64,000 nucleotides of DNA from the IMG/VR virus record IMGVR_UViG_3300046821_000134, positions 16,153 through 80,152 of that record; one strand, given 5' to 3'. The notes under the pieces were generated by a model that had not been told where the DNA came from, ran no database searches, and was given only the letters and a program-made list of their open reading frames with translations. The position numbers and the translations under genes were made by a program. Position 1 is the stretch's first letter. Each line of letters begins with the position of its first letter. The stretch is from a virus. Positions 30,189-38,587 of this stretch are shown here, piece by piece.

Positions 30189-30220
30189 GGTTCTCCTCTT
30201 TATCAAATGCTCTGGAGAGC

Positions 30221-30249
30221 ATTATACGCCCTCCAGAACACTTTGTAAA
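30221..30249 (-). promoter_or_regulatory. promoter overlapping the post-capsid hairpin
   Basis: TTTACA-N17-TATAAT on the minus strand; -10 lies between TCTGGAG/CTCCAGA arms. Confidence 0.55.
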
Positions 30250-30267
30250 GCTACCTCAACTAAGAGA

Positions 30268-31278
30268 TTACGCCGTAGTGCACTTCACAACCATCGCCGG
30301 ACGGCACAAGGCATTCAGGAAATTAGACTCAGATTCCAGAATGATCTTGTCGTCACGCTCACCTTGATACTCAAACGCGTAAGCAGGTTCTCCGGTTGTG
30401 CCCGCCAGCGAGAACTTGTTCGCACTTGCAAAATAAGTCTTGAAGGCATCGGTGCCAACCGGAACCATGACGGCTTCGTTAGCCGGAATGAAAGCGTTAC
30501 CTGCATAGTTGCCGCGAACTTCTACAAACAGAACGCCTGCATGGAAGAACTCGCGGTACATCGTGGTGTTGCCACCAAGACGCTGACGCAGGGGTTCTTG
30601 CGTGCTGGTATAATATGTATAAGCGGTTTTAACGTTAGCGTGAGAAATCAAGCTGAAGAAGAAGCCGCTGGAACAGTAGCAAACAATGCCTGATACATTT
30701 TGACCAGAGGCGTTATCTTGAATGTGGGCAATACCCTCTTCCACCTTGGATACAATGTCTGTGGTGTTCGTTCCGAAAGTAAAATTAACACTCTTCTGCG
30801 ATACACCAAACTCGGTGAAGTAGTTCATCGAGACGGTACCATTCGGAGCATACACATCACCAGAAGTCAGAGCTTTCCAGCGTGCATGTTCCAGCGTCCA
30901 CGCATGATTCTGACGAATGCGAGCAAGGCGACGAGCACGAACGAGAGCGAGCTGCTCTTCATCCGATGCCGTACCATATGCGCGCTTACCCTTGATGTCG
31001 CTAGGTGTAATGTAATCGTCATACGGAAAATGCGGTACACTCCACGCACGAATCAAGGAACCTTGCTCCTTGTTCGCATCGGCACGCTCTCCGCGCACCT
31101 TGTCTACAATGATAGCGCCATCTTTAGTGGTCTGTTCAAACTGAACGGTGTAAGTTTCAATACCTTCTTCTTGGAAGAGGCCATCAGCAGCCAAACGTCC
31201 CCATTGATTCGGGACAAGAACAAGCTCCTCCGTCCAATCAGAAACCTCGAAATTCTTGCCAAAAGTACGAGTCAACAT
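30268..31278 (-). CDS. major capsid protein (lambda gpE-like family)
   Basis: 336 aa; T.....PN.WG.L...GLF, PHFP.DD.I...DI.G.R..G, T.E..R..AL..G, ESN....C.RP. Confidence 0.92.
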   Translation of the reverse strand: MLTRTFGKNFEVSDWTEELVLVPNQWGRLAADGLFQEEGIETYTVQFEQTTKDGAIIVDKVRGERADANKEQGSLIRAWSVPHFPYDDYITPSDIKGKRAYGTASDEEQLALVRARRLARIRQNHAWTLEHARWKALTSGDVYAPNGTVSMNYFTEFGVSQKSVNFTFGTNTTDIVSKVEEGIAHIQDNASGQNVSGIVCYCSSGFFFSLISHANVKTAYTYYTSTQEPLRQRLGGNTTMYREFFHAGVLFVEVRGNYAGNAFIPANEAVMVPVGTDAFKTYFASANKFSLAGTTGEPAYAFEYQGERDDKIILESESNFLNALCRPAMVVKCTTA

Positions 31279-31301
31279 ATTTATTCTTTCCTTAATCTAT
31301 A

Positions 31302-31721
31302 TTAGAGAGCGGTAACAGTGACGATACCCTTGGCAGCCAGCGCGTCATACACAGCCAGTTTTTCAGCATTCGTGTCGGTGCCAGCACCAAACGTCAGCTT
31401 GCCAACAACAACCTTTGCAGGGCCACGAGCCAGCATCAGAACCTTGGTGTCCGTAGTAGCAGCAACTGCCAGAACCGGAGTCAGTTCGTCCTTACCCAAG
31501 AACACGCCTGCAGCTTCCAAGCCTGCACCAGATGCAAGCGATGCGTCCTGAATAAGATACTTGCCAGTGGCAGTGACCTTAGCCAGAACAGCGCCTGCCG
31601 TCAGCGTGGTAGCACCAGCCAGATTAACAGTAACTACTTCACGAGTGATGCCGCTGGACGGATCATATTCTTCTTTAACAACGTCGCTCAGAGTAAGCGT
31701 GCGAGTGTCGATAACAGCCAT
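31302..31721 (-). CDS. head decoration protein
   Basis: S.VVK.E.......RE.VT, G.VL.KV..TGKY, L.RGP, LAAKGI; directly upstream of MCP. Confidence 0.85.
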   Translation of the reverse strand: MAVIDTRTLTLSDVVKEEYDPSSGITREVVTVNLAGATTLTAGAVLAKVTATGKYLIQDASLASGAGLEAAGVFLGKDELTPVLAVAATTDTKVLMLARGPAKVVVGKLTFGAGTDTNAEKLAVYDALAAKGIVTVTAL

Positions 31722-31757
31722 TTGTATTTCCTTTCTAAAATTGCGATAGTCTCAAGA

Positions 31758-32318
31758 TTACTTCTTGAGAGATTGCTTGATGATTTTCATCGTAAGGTTT
31801 TCTTCAGGGGCTTTATCAGCATCACCCGACACACCAACTTCTTTGAACATTGCGCTCTCTGCTTCCTTGGCAAAGGATGCCTTGAATCCAGATACGACAA
31901 CGTCAAATGACTCACGCGGCAATTCACCGATAGCGGTAAAGGTAGTTTCGAAACCGGGATTATCCTTACCGATAACGTCCGCCAGCATCTCACGACGCTC
32001 GTTGAGTTCCTTCAGCTTGGCTTGCTCTTGGAGAGCGGCAGCTTCAGCTTCAGCCTTAGCAGCGAGGTCGGCATAGCCTTCCAGCTTGCTGTTCAGAGAT
32101 GCCAGCAGGGCATCCTTTTCTGTTACTACACTGTTGAGCTGTTCCACTTGGGAAACCAGCTCAGCGAGTTGTTCTTGAAGGGGCTGCATCGCTGCAAGCT
32201 CCAACAGTTCTTCTTGTACTTCCTGTACAGCCTCAGCTACAACAGGAGCGTCCGCTACATTGATAGTGACATTGGTAGCTGATACGCCCTTGAGTGCCTT
32301 TTTCAGTGCATCAAGCAT
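31758..32318 (-). CDS. capsid scaffolding protein
   Basis: acidic coiled coil between the protease and decoration genes. Confidence 0.75.
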   Translation of the reverse strand: MLDALKKALKGVSATNVTINVADAPVVAEAVQEVQEELLELAAMQPLQEQLAELVSQVEQLNSVVTEKDALLASLNSKLEGYADLAAKAEAEAAALQEQAKLKELNERREMLADVIGKDNPGFETTFTAIGELPRESFDVVVSGFKASFAKEAESAMFKEVGVSGDADKAPEENLTMKIIKQSLKK

Positions 32319-33150
32319 TGTTACTCCTTACATAGTCAAGAAATTCCCTTGGAGTCATAACCTTGTTTACAAGGCCAATCTCCAAAGCCTTTTCTGCGTG
32401 GAACGACTGAGCATCCAACGCTAAAATCGTTTCCACAGACAATCCTGTATACATGGAAACATGCTCGGCAAACTGCATACCAAGACGGGATACGTCTTCT
32501 TGCACCTTAGCCAAAAACTTTTCTGAGAAGCTGCCATCTTCGTTGAAAGGAGACTTACCTGCCAGCGATGTAATCACCACCCGCTTGTACCCTTCCTTAT
32601 CAAGAGCTTTGGAATCATCAAGTAGCGCAACAATACAGCCTACTGAGCCTGTAGTGCCGTCAGGAGAAGAAACAACTTCATCCATCATGCAAGCCCAAGC
32701 ATACGCTGCAGAACAGGCCATCTCATCTACATATGCAACGAGCTTTACGCCAGCTTCGTCTGCCATGCGCCTCACTTCATTAGCAGAAGTGAAACAGGCT
32801 TGTGCTGCACCGCCGGGGCTGCTGAACGAGAACACAATCTGTTTAGCACCAGCATCAATTGCTTCGCCAACTTGTTCAATCAGCTCTGTGTAAGCCACGC
32901 CAACCTTGCCACACGCTGTGTATATTGGCTTGTACGAAAGGGCGCCTTCTACGTTGATGAAAGCTACCCCGTTAAGCACTTCCATATCTTCTTTGTCTGG
33001 CTTGTTCTCATCGTCTTCTACATCACGCATGAACGAAGGATCAGCCGTTCTATTCACAAGGTACTGTGCGATAGGGGCCAATGCTTCTGCTGTAATGAGT
33101 TGAGGATGAGCCAAGATTTGTTCAGTTAGCCTGAATAGTCTATGACTCAT
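32311..33150 (-). CDS. prohead protease, S49 family
   Basis: SPGG, ACSAAYAWA, GSVG, GKS, A.KALE.GLV. Confidence 0.92.
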   Translation of the reverse strand: MSHRLFRLTEQILAHPQLITAEALAPIAQYLVNRTADPSFMRDVEDDENKPDKEDMEVLNGVAFINVEGALSYKPIYTACGKVGVAYTELIEQVGEAIDAGAKQIVFSFSSPGGAAQACFTSANEVRRMADEAGVKLVAYVDEMACSAAYAWACMMDEVVSSPDGTTGSVGCIVALLDDSKALDKEGYKRVVITSLAGKSPFNEDGSFSEKFLAKVQEDVSRLGMQFAEHVSMYTGLSVETILALDAQSFHAEKALEIGLVNKVMTPREFLDYVRSNNA

Positions 33151-33162
33151 TTATTCCCTTTC

Positions 33163-34650
33163 CTATGCTGCATTATCTGCGTTATTTGTAGAAGAGTCGC
33201 CAGAACCGCCAACGGCTTTTCCTGTACCGCCCGGCAAACCTTCCACAAGTCCATCGCCTGAGCGAGACGTAGCCTGCGGCATATACTTTTCTCTTGGCTC
33301 AATGTCCTCTGCCAATGTGTCAATGCCGATGTGCTCACGAATCTTGTTGAGGAATCTACGATCCATCTCGACAGCACCCACAGCAGATACACGCTGAATC
33401 AGCTTACCGAATTCATCAGCGGACATCTCAGAGACAACTCCCGGAACAGCCTTGCAATATTCCTTGTCATCCCATCCGTTGAATCTGTACAGATCAGGGA
33501 TGAGTTGTTGGTTAATCACTTCAGACAGTTCCCGCAGCTTGTACGAGACAGAAGCCTCCACCATGCCAAGTTTGCCATCTGCAAGGCTGAATGATCCTTG
33601 GCCGTTGTTACCAAGCTGGAGCATGTCGGCAAACATGCTGATAAGCATTTGAGTCTGTAATTGCTGGATGATTGCTTGCGTATCGAAGGCTCTTGCGCCA
33701 GAAGAACTAAGCAGCTCGGCTGAGTAGTGCTCCTTGCCTTGGCCGTTATCCCCTTGCGTTGTGCTTGGGAGAAGCAAGCCTTGCTGCTCACCTGTGCTAA
33801 CGTTACGAAGAACGCGCTTTAGCTCTTCAAAGGAAGCCTTCTGTTCAGCAGAGGCGTTAGGGCTGAATACGTCTGCAGGGGCCTTCATTACAAGGATGCC
33901 TGCTAGGTCACGTGTCACCCCAATTGCTTGCGCTTCTTCCACAGCCCGCTTATAGCGGAATGGGACGTAAGCACTTTTAAGGATTGGCGTACCTTCTGGG
34001 TTATCGTTTTTAGGGCTGCTACGGAACAACATAAACTTCTCACGAGGAATTTCAATCGTAGAAGCTATTGCATTGCTGAACCGATCTGCGTATACTATGT
34101 TCTTGAGTGATTGTTCTACCCCAAGTAGCTCTCGTCCATCGTCAGAGAACAACCAGCCGGAGATTGTAGATTGACTACGCACAGCCAACTTAGAAATGCC
34201 TACAAGACCATCACTGTGCTTGCTGTTCTTCTTTGTTCTACGTTTGAACACTTTCTCTACAACGCAGAAGCCGTAATCAAGATAGGAGAGGGCGCTTTGA
34301 ACAAAGCTAAACCACGTTTGGTCATCCATGTCATCAAGGCAAGATTGGATGAACTTGGCACGTTCCTTCTGTGTAGCAGAAGCGCCTACGGGTGGCTCGA
34401 TTGTCCATTCAGGGCGGGCCATGAGCATCTTGTACATCTCAAGAGCTGCTGAGATAACTGGCTCTGAAAGCATTTCATCGATTGTCTCGATGCGCTTAGG
34501 CATGCGAAAGCGTTTGTCACGCTCCTCAAGAATCTGTTTTGCTGTGAATTTGAGGCCAGTGTAACCTGCCTCTGAGAAACCTGCGATGCGAGGAACGCCG
34601 GGGGCTCCCTCATCTGGCTGTAGGAGGGATTCTTTGAGTTTTCTTGCCAC
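33163..34650 (-). CDS. portal protein
   Basis: 495 aa directly downstream of TerL; YGF.V.EKV, L..RSQ.TI..W, NPEG...L, GSFSLA. Confidence 0.9.
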   Translation of the reverse strand: MARKLKESLLQPDEGAPGVPRIAGFSEAGYTGLKFTAKQILEERDKRFRMPKRIETIDEMLSEPVISAALEMYKMLMARPEWTIEPPVGASATQKERAKFIQSCLDDMDDQTWFSFVQSALSYLDYGFCVVEKVFKRRTKKNSKHSDGLVGISKLAVRSQSTISGWLFSDDGRELLGVEQSLKNIVYADRFSNAIASTIEIPREKFMLFRSSPKNDNPEGTPILKSAYVPFRYKRAVEEAQAIGVTRDLAGILVMKAPADVFSPNASAEQKASFEELKRVLRNVSTGEQQGLLLPSTTQGDNGQGKEHYSAELLSSSGARAFDTQAIIQQLQTQMLISMFADMLQLGNNGQGSFSLADGKLGMVEASVSYKLRELSEVINQQLIPDLYRFNGWDDKEYCKAVPGVVSEMSADEFGKLIQRVSAVGAVEMDRRFLNKIREHIGIDTLAEDIEPREKYMPQATSRSGDGLVEGLPGGTGKAVGGSGDSSTNNADNAA

Positions 34651-34699
34651 CTATACCTCCTCGTTAAATTTAATGAGCATTCCTAATTCCTATACTAAT

Positions 34700-34728
34700 A
34701 TTATAACATAAGAACCTTGTTTTGTCAA
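34700..34728 (-). promoter_or_regulatory. consensus sigma70 promoter for head genes
   Basis: TTGACA-N17-TATAAT on the minus strand. Confidence 0.85.
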
Positions 34729-34775
34729 TGTTTTACAGCAAATATATTGACATATAAAGGCTCTTATGCTATTGG

Positions 34776-37313
34776 TTAAGACGGGATAGGCCCTTCTCTT
34801 GTTAAAGAGATGCCTGAGAGGGATACGTTAGGAGAGGATTGATACGCTTTAGCGAGAATCTTCAAGGCGCTTGATGTAGCATCAACCTCGTCATCGTGAA
34901 TCTTTCGCATAGACTCAGGGGTGCCTTTGAACATCTCAAGCGTTTCAAGCCACTCATCATTCCATGCCCCGACCACGATCTTCACTTTACCTGCTTCTGC
35001 AAGCTGGCAGAATGGGAGGAACCTTTGTAGCTTACCGCTCCAGCCACTCATCTTATCAACTTTGACGATAAGCCCTTCCTCAGAGAGAACTGTTACCATG
35101 TGGTTTGCCACGTATTTACCTGCTGCACCAGCGTCCTGTGGTACAACAATAGGAACGTGTAACCCATCTCTAGTTGCCTGAGTGATGATGCGCTCAAGCA
35201 CTGCATGAGGCTTCGCATGGAACTTGACCATATCAATCACGTAATACGTCCCAAACCTGTCACGCCCCATTAGCATTCCAACCGTGGCATCAGGATTACG
35301 ATTAACCTCAGACTTCTCTGTTGCTGCCAAGTCGTAGGCTCTAACAAGGTCGGTATCCACCGGTACCTGATCCATTGTTATCAGATCGCACCAAGACCGG
35401 TTAAACATGTTCTGTCCAACATCGATATTAAGCCATGAGCCATGCAGGTATTTCAGTTGGTTGCGCTTAGGCTGTGCAAGGAGGCTTGGAAGGTAGGTGT
35501 TGTTGCGTGGAGGGAGTAGGTAGGGGTTGTCGTAGACCGTAGAAGGGATAAATCTGAATGACTTAGCAATAAAGAGCTTACCTTTTGGCACGTCGCGTAT
35601 CTGTGCTGCAGTAAGCCCCTTCCCTCTAATCATGCCGCGTGGGGCGCCATGAATCTCAAAACACTCCTCTTCTGAGTCTGCCCACAAAACCTTGCCATCA
35701 AGAACAACCATCCAGCGAACCTTGTCTTCTGTTCCCGGCTTTGGCACGCCATCTTCGTCTAGGCAGTAATCTACCCACTCCCTTAGAAAGCTATTATGAT
35801 TTGGGTTAGCTGTTAGGATAACTTGTTCTTTGTATTTTGAGTGGGCACTACGAACCCGAGACAACAAGAATAAAATTACATCCAAAGACCAATCATCGCC
35901 GGCTTCGTCCACGCATAAACGGCTAGCTTGGAGGCCCTGGAGGCTACCAAGCACACTTGCATCTGGGATACCAAGGAACTGTATCTCGGCCTGAGATGGG
36001 AACGTCCAGATCAGTCCAGTCTTATTAAAGTCACCGCCAAAAGGTTGGTAGAATTGTTTAGATTCATTCACAATGCCACCGGGGCGTGTAAGCTCAGGTC
36101 TTGATTTACGCGCAATCACGATGCGCTCATTTGGATCATCCAAGTATGCCAACATCTTCATCAAAATTGTTGACGTATTGTGTGTCACAATGTAGTTTGT
36201 TGTAATATACAGCTTTTCGTCTCCTGATATACTAATACAAGACGCTTCTCCTTTTCCTATTGGCTCTATGCACTCAACGCGTAACCCCACGTGTTTGGAT
36301 ATTGTTCTGTCTTTTTTCGCAGGAAGTCTGAAAAGACTCCCTTGGTTCATTCCCCTCACATACAGTTTATAAACAATGGAGCAAATATGCTTTACACCAT
36401 CTTTGACGTAACTTCCCTGCTTGGTGGAGAGCTTTGCAGTGTACCCAAGTGAGTGAAGGATTTCCTTAACCTGATGAGCCATTCGTTCGGAGGTTGTGTC
36501 ATAATATACGTTACCTCTTTTACATACATAGCCGTCTGTATCAAACAACCCCTGTAGTAAGTCAAAACGATTCTTGATAGAGCCTAACATATATTCTTCA
36601 GGAATGAATTTGGTCTGAGAAAGGGTTCCTCTCAGGCCAAGGCGTTCCATTTCAGAAAATGTGCCAAGAAGAGTTTTTGTAACAGATGTTGGTCTGCCCT
36701 CATTAAGAGTAAAGGCGCCGGGAGTAATCCCTTCCCGCTTTAGTTCTTCCCACACAAATTCACTACTGTTAGTTACAGCCGGGCTTCCTGTTTTTGGTAT
36801 ATGGCCGTCACCTAGTATAACCCCCATCGCATAAGGGGAGATAACGTGTTCTTTGTGTTCGGAATGTTGTACTGGCTTTATAAGAGGTATGATCGGAAGT
36901 CTTTTACGAATTCCTTTTGTCCCTTCGTATTTAGAGGTTACTTTCAACATTTCAAGCGTATTTGTAATCTTACTGTTAACTTGCCCGTCACCTGCCTCAT
37001 GCCATTTCCATAGATGTTCTCCACAACAGTCTATGATTCTTCCATCTTGAAAACGAACACGGTATAAGTCAACAACCCCCTGAGGAAATACGCCGGTAAC
37101 AGTCTCAACCGTGTTATCAGGAGTAATTACTTTGTCGCCAACCTTAATATCTTCAATATTTACGAACCCGTTTACAGTTAAAACTTTCTCTCCATGTCGA
37201 AGAGCTTTCCCGCCGCCAGCACCACCACCCACAAGGATAATGTCTTCTTGTGCTTCTAGCATCATTCTTTGCTTTACTGACGCCGGGCCGAACACCTTAT
37301 TCTCAGCCATCAC
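34776..37313 (-). CDS. terL: terminase large subunit, intein-containing
   Basis: Walker A GGGAGGGK/T split by the intein, Walker B LCVDEA, TANP, nuclease RAYDLAAT and HDDEVDA. Confidence 0.95.
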   Translation of the reverse strand: MMAENKVFGPASVKQRMMLEAQEDIILVGGGAGGGKALRHGEKVLTVNGFVNIEDIKVGDKVITPDNTVETVTGVFPQGVVDLYRVRFQDGRIIDCCGEHLWKWHEAGDGQVNSKITNTLEMLKVTSKYEGTKGIRKRLPIIPLIKPVQHSEHKEHVISPYAMGVILGDGHIPKTGSPAVTNSSEFVWEELKREGITPGAFTLNEGRPTSVTKTLLGTFSEMERLGLRGTLSQTKFIPEEYMLGSIKNRFDLLQGLFDTDGYVCKRGNVYYDTTSERMAHQVKEILHSLGYTAKLSTKQGSYVKDGVKHICSIVYKLYVRGMNQGSLFRLPAKKDRTISKHVGLRVECIEPIGKGEASCISISGDEKLYITTNYIVTHNTSTILMKMLAYLDDPNERIVIARKSRPELTRPGGIVNESKQFYQPFGGDFNKTGLIWTFPSQAEIQFLGIPDASVLGSLQGLQASRLCVDEAGDDWSLDVILFLLSRVRSAHSKYKEQVILTANPNHNSFLREWVDYCLDEDGVPKPGTEDKVRWMVVLDGKVLWADSEEECFEIHGAPRGMIRGKGLTAAQIRDVPKGKLFIAKSFRFIPSTVYDNPYLLPPRNNTYLPSLLAQPKRNQLKYLHGSWLNIDVGQNMFNRSWCDLITMDQVPVDTDLVRAYDLAATEKSEVNRNPDATVGMLMGRDRFGTYYVIDMVKFHAKPHAVLERIITQATRDGLHVPIVVPQDAGAAGKYVANHMVTVLSEEGLIVKVDKMSGWSGKLQRFLPFCQLAEAGKVKIVVGAWNDEWLETLEMFKGTPESMRKIHDDEVDATSSALKILAKAYQSSPNVSLSGISLTREGPIPS
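36177..37205 (-). mobile_element. class 3 intein (343 aa) with LAGLIDADG homing endonuclease
   Basis: starts ALRHGEKVLT (Ala1) and ends IVTHN before extein Thr; block B HLW, block F ASCI, block G THN; GVILGDG and LQGLFDTDG endonuclease blocks. Confidence 0.93.
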
Positions 37314-37546
37314 CCTTCCTCCAAATCAAACTTAAAATACATCCCCTTATTGCTACTATTCACAGCAATGATGGGCAACTTCCTCGCATTGGCAATCAAT
37401 GCCAATAGCTCAATAAATTCCTTAGAACTCTTCCCCACAACATCTACGCAATCCAATGAGAGAGAATCTAGCTCGCCGTCCTCATCAAGATAGGCCCAAC
37501 GCAGGGAGTATTTCCCACGATAAGAAACTACACGAATGTTCTTCAC
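37310..37546 (-). CDS. hypothetical protein
   Basis: 78 aa, AAGGA RBS, GTGA overlap with terL. Confidence 0.7.
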   Translation of the reverse strand: MKNIRVVSYRGKYSLRWAYLDEDGELDSLSLDCVDVVGKSSKEFIELLALIANARKLPIIAVNSSNKGMYFKFDLEEG

Positions 37547-37571
37547 TTACATTTCCTTTACGAATAAATGG

Positions 37572-37608
37572 AACAAAAATAACGCCCAAAGGATTTCTCC
37601 TTGGGCGC
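37572..37608 (-). terminator. intrinsic terminator closing the non-coding unit
   Basis: minus strand CGCCCAAGGA-GAAA-TCCTTTGGGCG-TTATTTTTG. Confidence 0.8.
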
Positions 37609-38142
37609 ATTGAAACACTATATCGGAAAGGATAAGTGAGAGGAGAAACTTAGAGATTATCTGTCCCAACGCATCTCACGCCGGGAGGGTGTTTGCTTCA
37701 ACACCTAAGCTCCACTGTAAGCAACAGCAGAGGAATACGCGTAACTCTTTAGGAGAAGGGTTTTACGCATTGGTTGTGGGTGACCGACTCGTCAGCGGGG
37801 TGCTTCCCCAGACAGGCGTATAGTCGATTAGCTCAGTCTCGCATACACGCAGTGCGAAACATAGTTACAGCGTCCTGTAACGATCCTCTTTTACCCACAA
37901 GGAAGTAGTCTATCCGAGGATGTCTTAACACTTGTGGGCTAGGACTTCCTGTTCTGACTGCTTCCTTGTAGGTGCTGGTTACTAATCCAGCGATAGGCTT
38001 TCGGGCTACCAGCTCCACTGTCCCGCCTGTGTCTTATTACGCATTTCAGGTCTTTGCGTACAACATCCCCGGAGGTCAAAGGAGGTAACAAATCCCTCCG
38101 GGGAACACATCACAATGTGTCTTTTCTCATCTCTCACTGTAT
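37572..38142 (-). ncRNA. candidate large structured ncRNA (~570 nt), family not recognised
   Basis: bounded by a perfect promoter and a terminator; no credible ORF; 5'/3' closing helix; more than ten stems with G-U wobbles mostly favouring the minus strand. Confidence 0.75.
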
Positions 38143-38148
38143 ATAGAC

Positions 38149-38177
38149 ATTATATACCCGGGATGTGTCTTTGTCAA
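38149..38177 (-). promoter_or_regulatory. consensus sigma70 promoter
   Basis: TTGACA-N17-TATAAT on the minus strand. Confidence 0.88.
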
Positions 38178-38185
38178 GCTATTTA

Positions 38186-38587
38186 TTAAACATTTTTCAG
38201 ATGGTCAATGTCCAACACACCATCTCCTGTGGTAGCATCTTCTCCGTCAATGTTTTGAATAACACTTGGAGAGAATGTTACACGAGGCTTCCCATCTTCC
38301 TCTTCTGGAGTTATTGTCTTCATGCCAATACGGACAAGCTGTTTCTCTTGCAGTTCTGCTCTGACATTGGCAATACTAGCTGCAAGGTTATTCTTTGCAC
38401 TCCTATCAATATTCTCTGACTGCAACGTAAGCACCTTAGTAATCAAATCAGCCTTTATCTTGATATCAGCCTCAGGGTCTTGCAGGATTGCAATAGCAGC
38501 ATTATAGGCCATCTTGGAGAGCTTATCAAGGTTCTTGATCAGCTTTTTCTGCTCTGCTGTGATGGCTTTTGCGTCAATTTCCTTCAT
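38186..38587 (-). CDS. putative terminase small subunit
   Basis: 133 aa helical protein upstream of terL; call is positional. Confidence 0.55.
   Translation of the reverse strand: MKEIDAKAITAEQKKLIKNLDKLSKMAYNAAIAILQDPEADIKIKADLITKVLTLQSENIDRSAKNNLAASIANVRAELQEKQLVRIGMKTITPEEEDGKPRVTFSPSVIQNIDGEDATTGDGVLDIDHLKNV

Noticed and set aside
37771-37900. tRNA-like 3' end (…CGAGUCGGUCACCCACAACCA on the minus strand)
   Set aside because: No UUC T-loop or matching T-stem 5' strand, and no D or anticodon arms at tRNA spacing. Treated as part of the larger ncRNA.
37833-38018. 61-aa ORF inside the ncRNA region
   Set aside because: GTG start without a clear RBS, lying entirely within long helices. Structure explains the sequence better.
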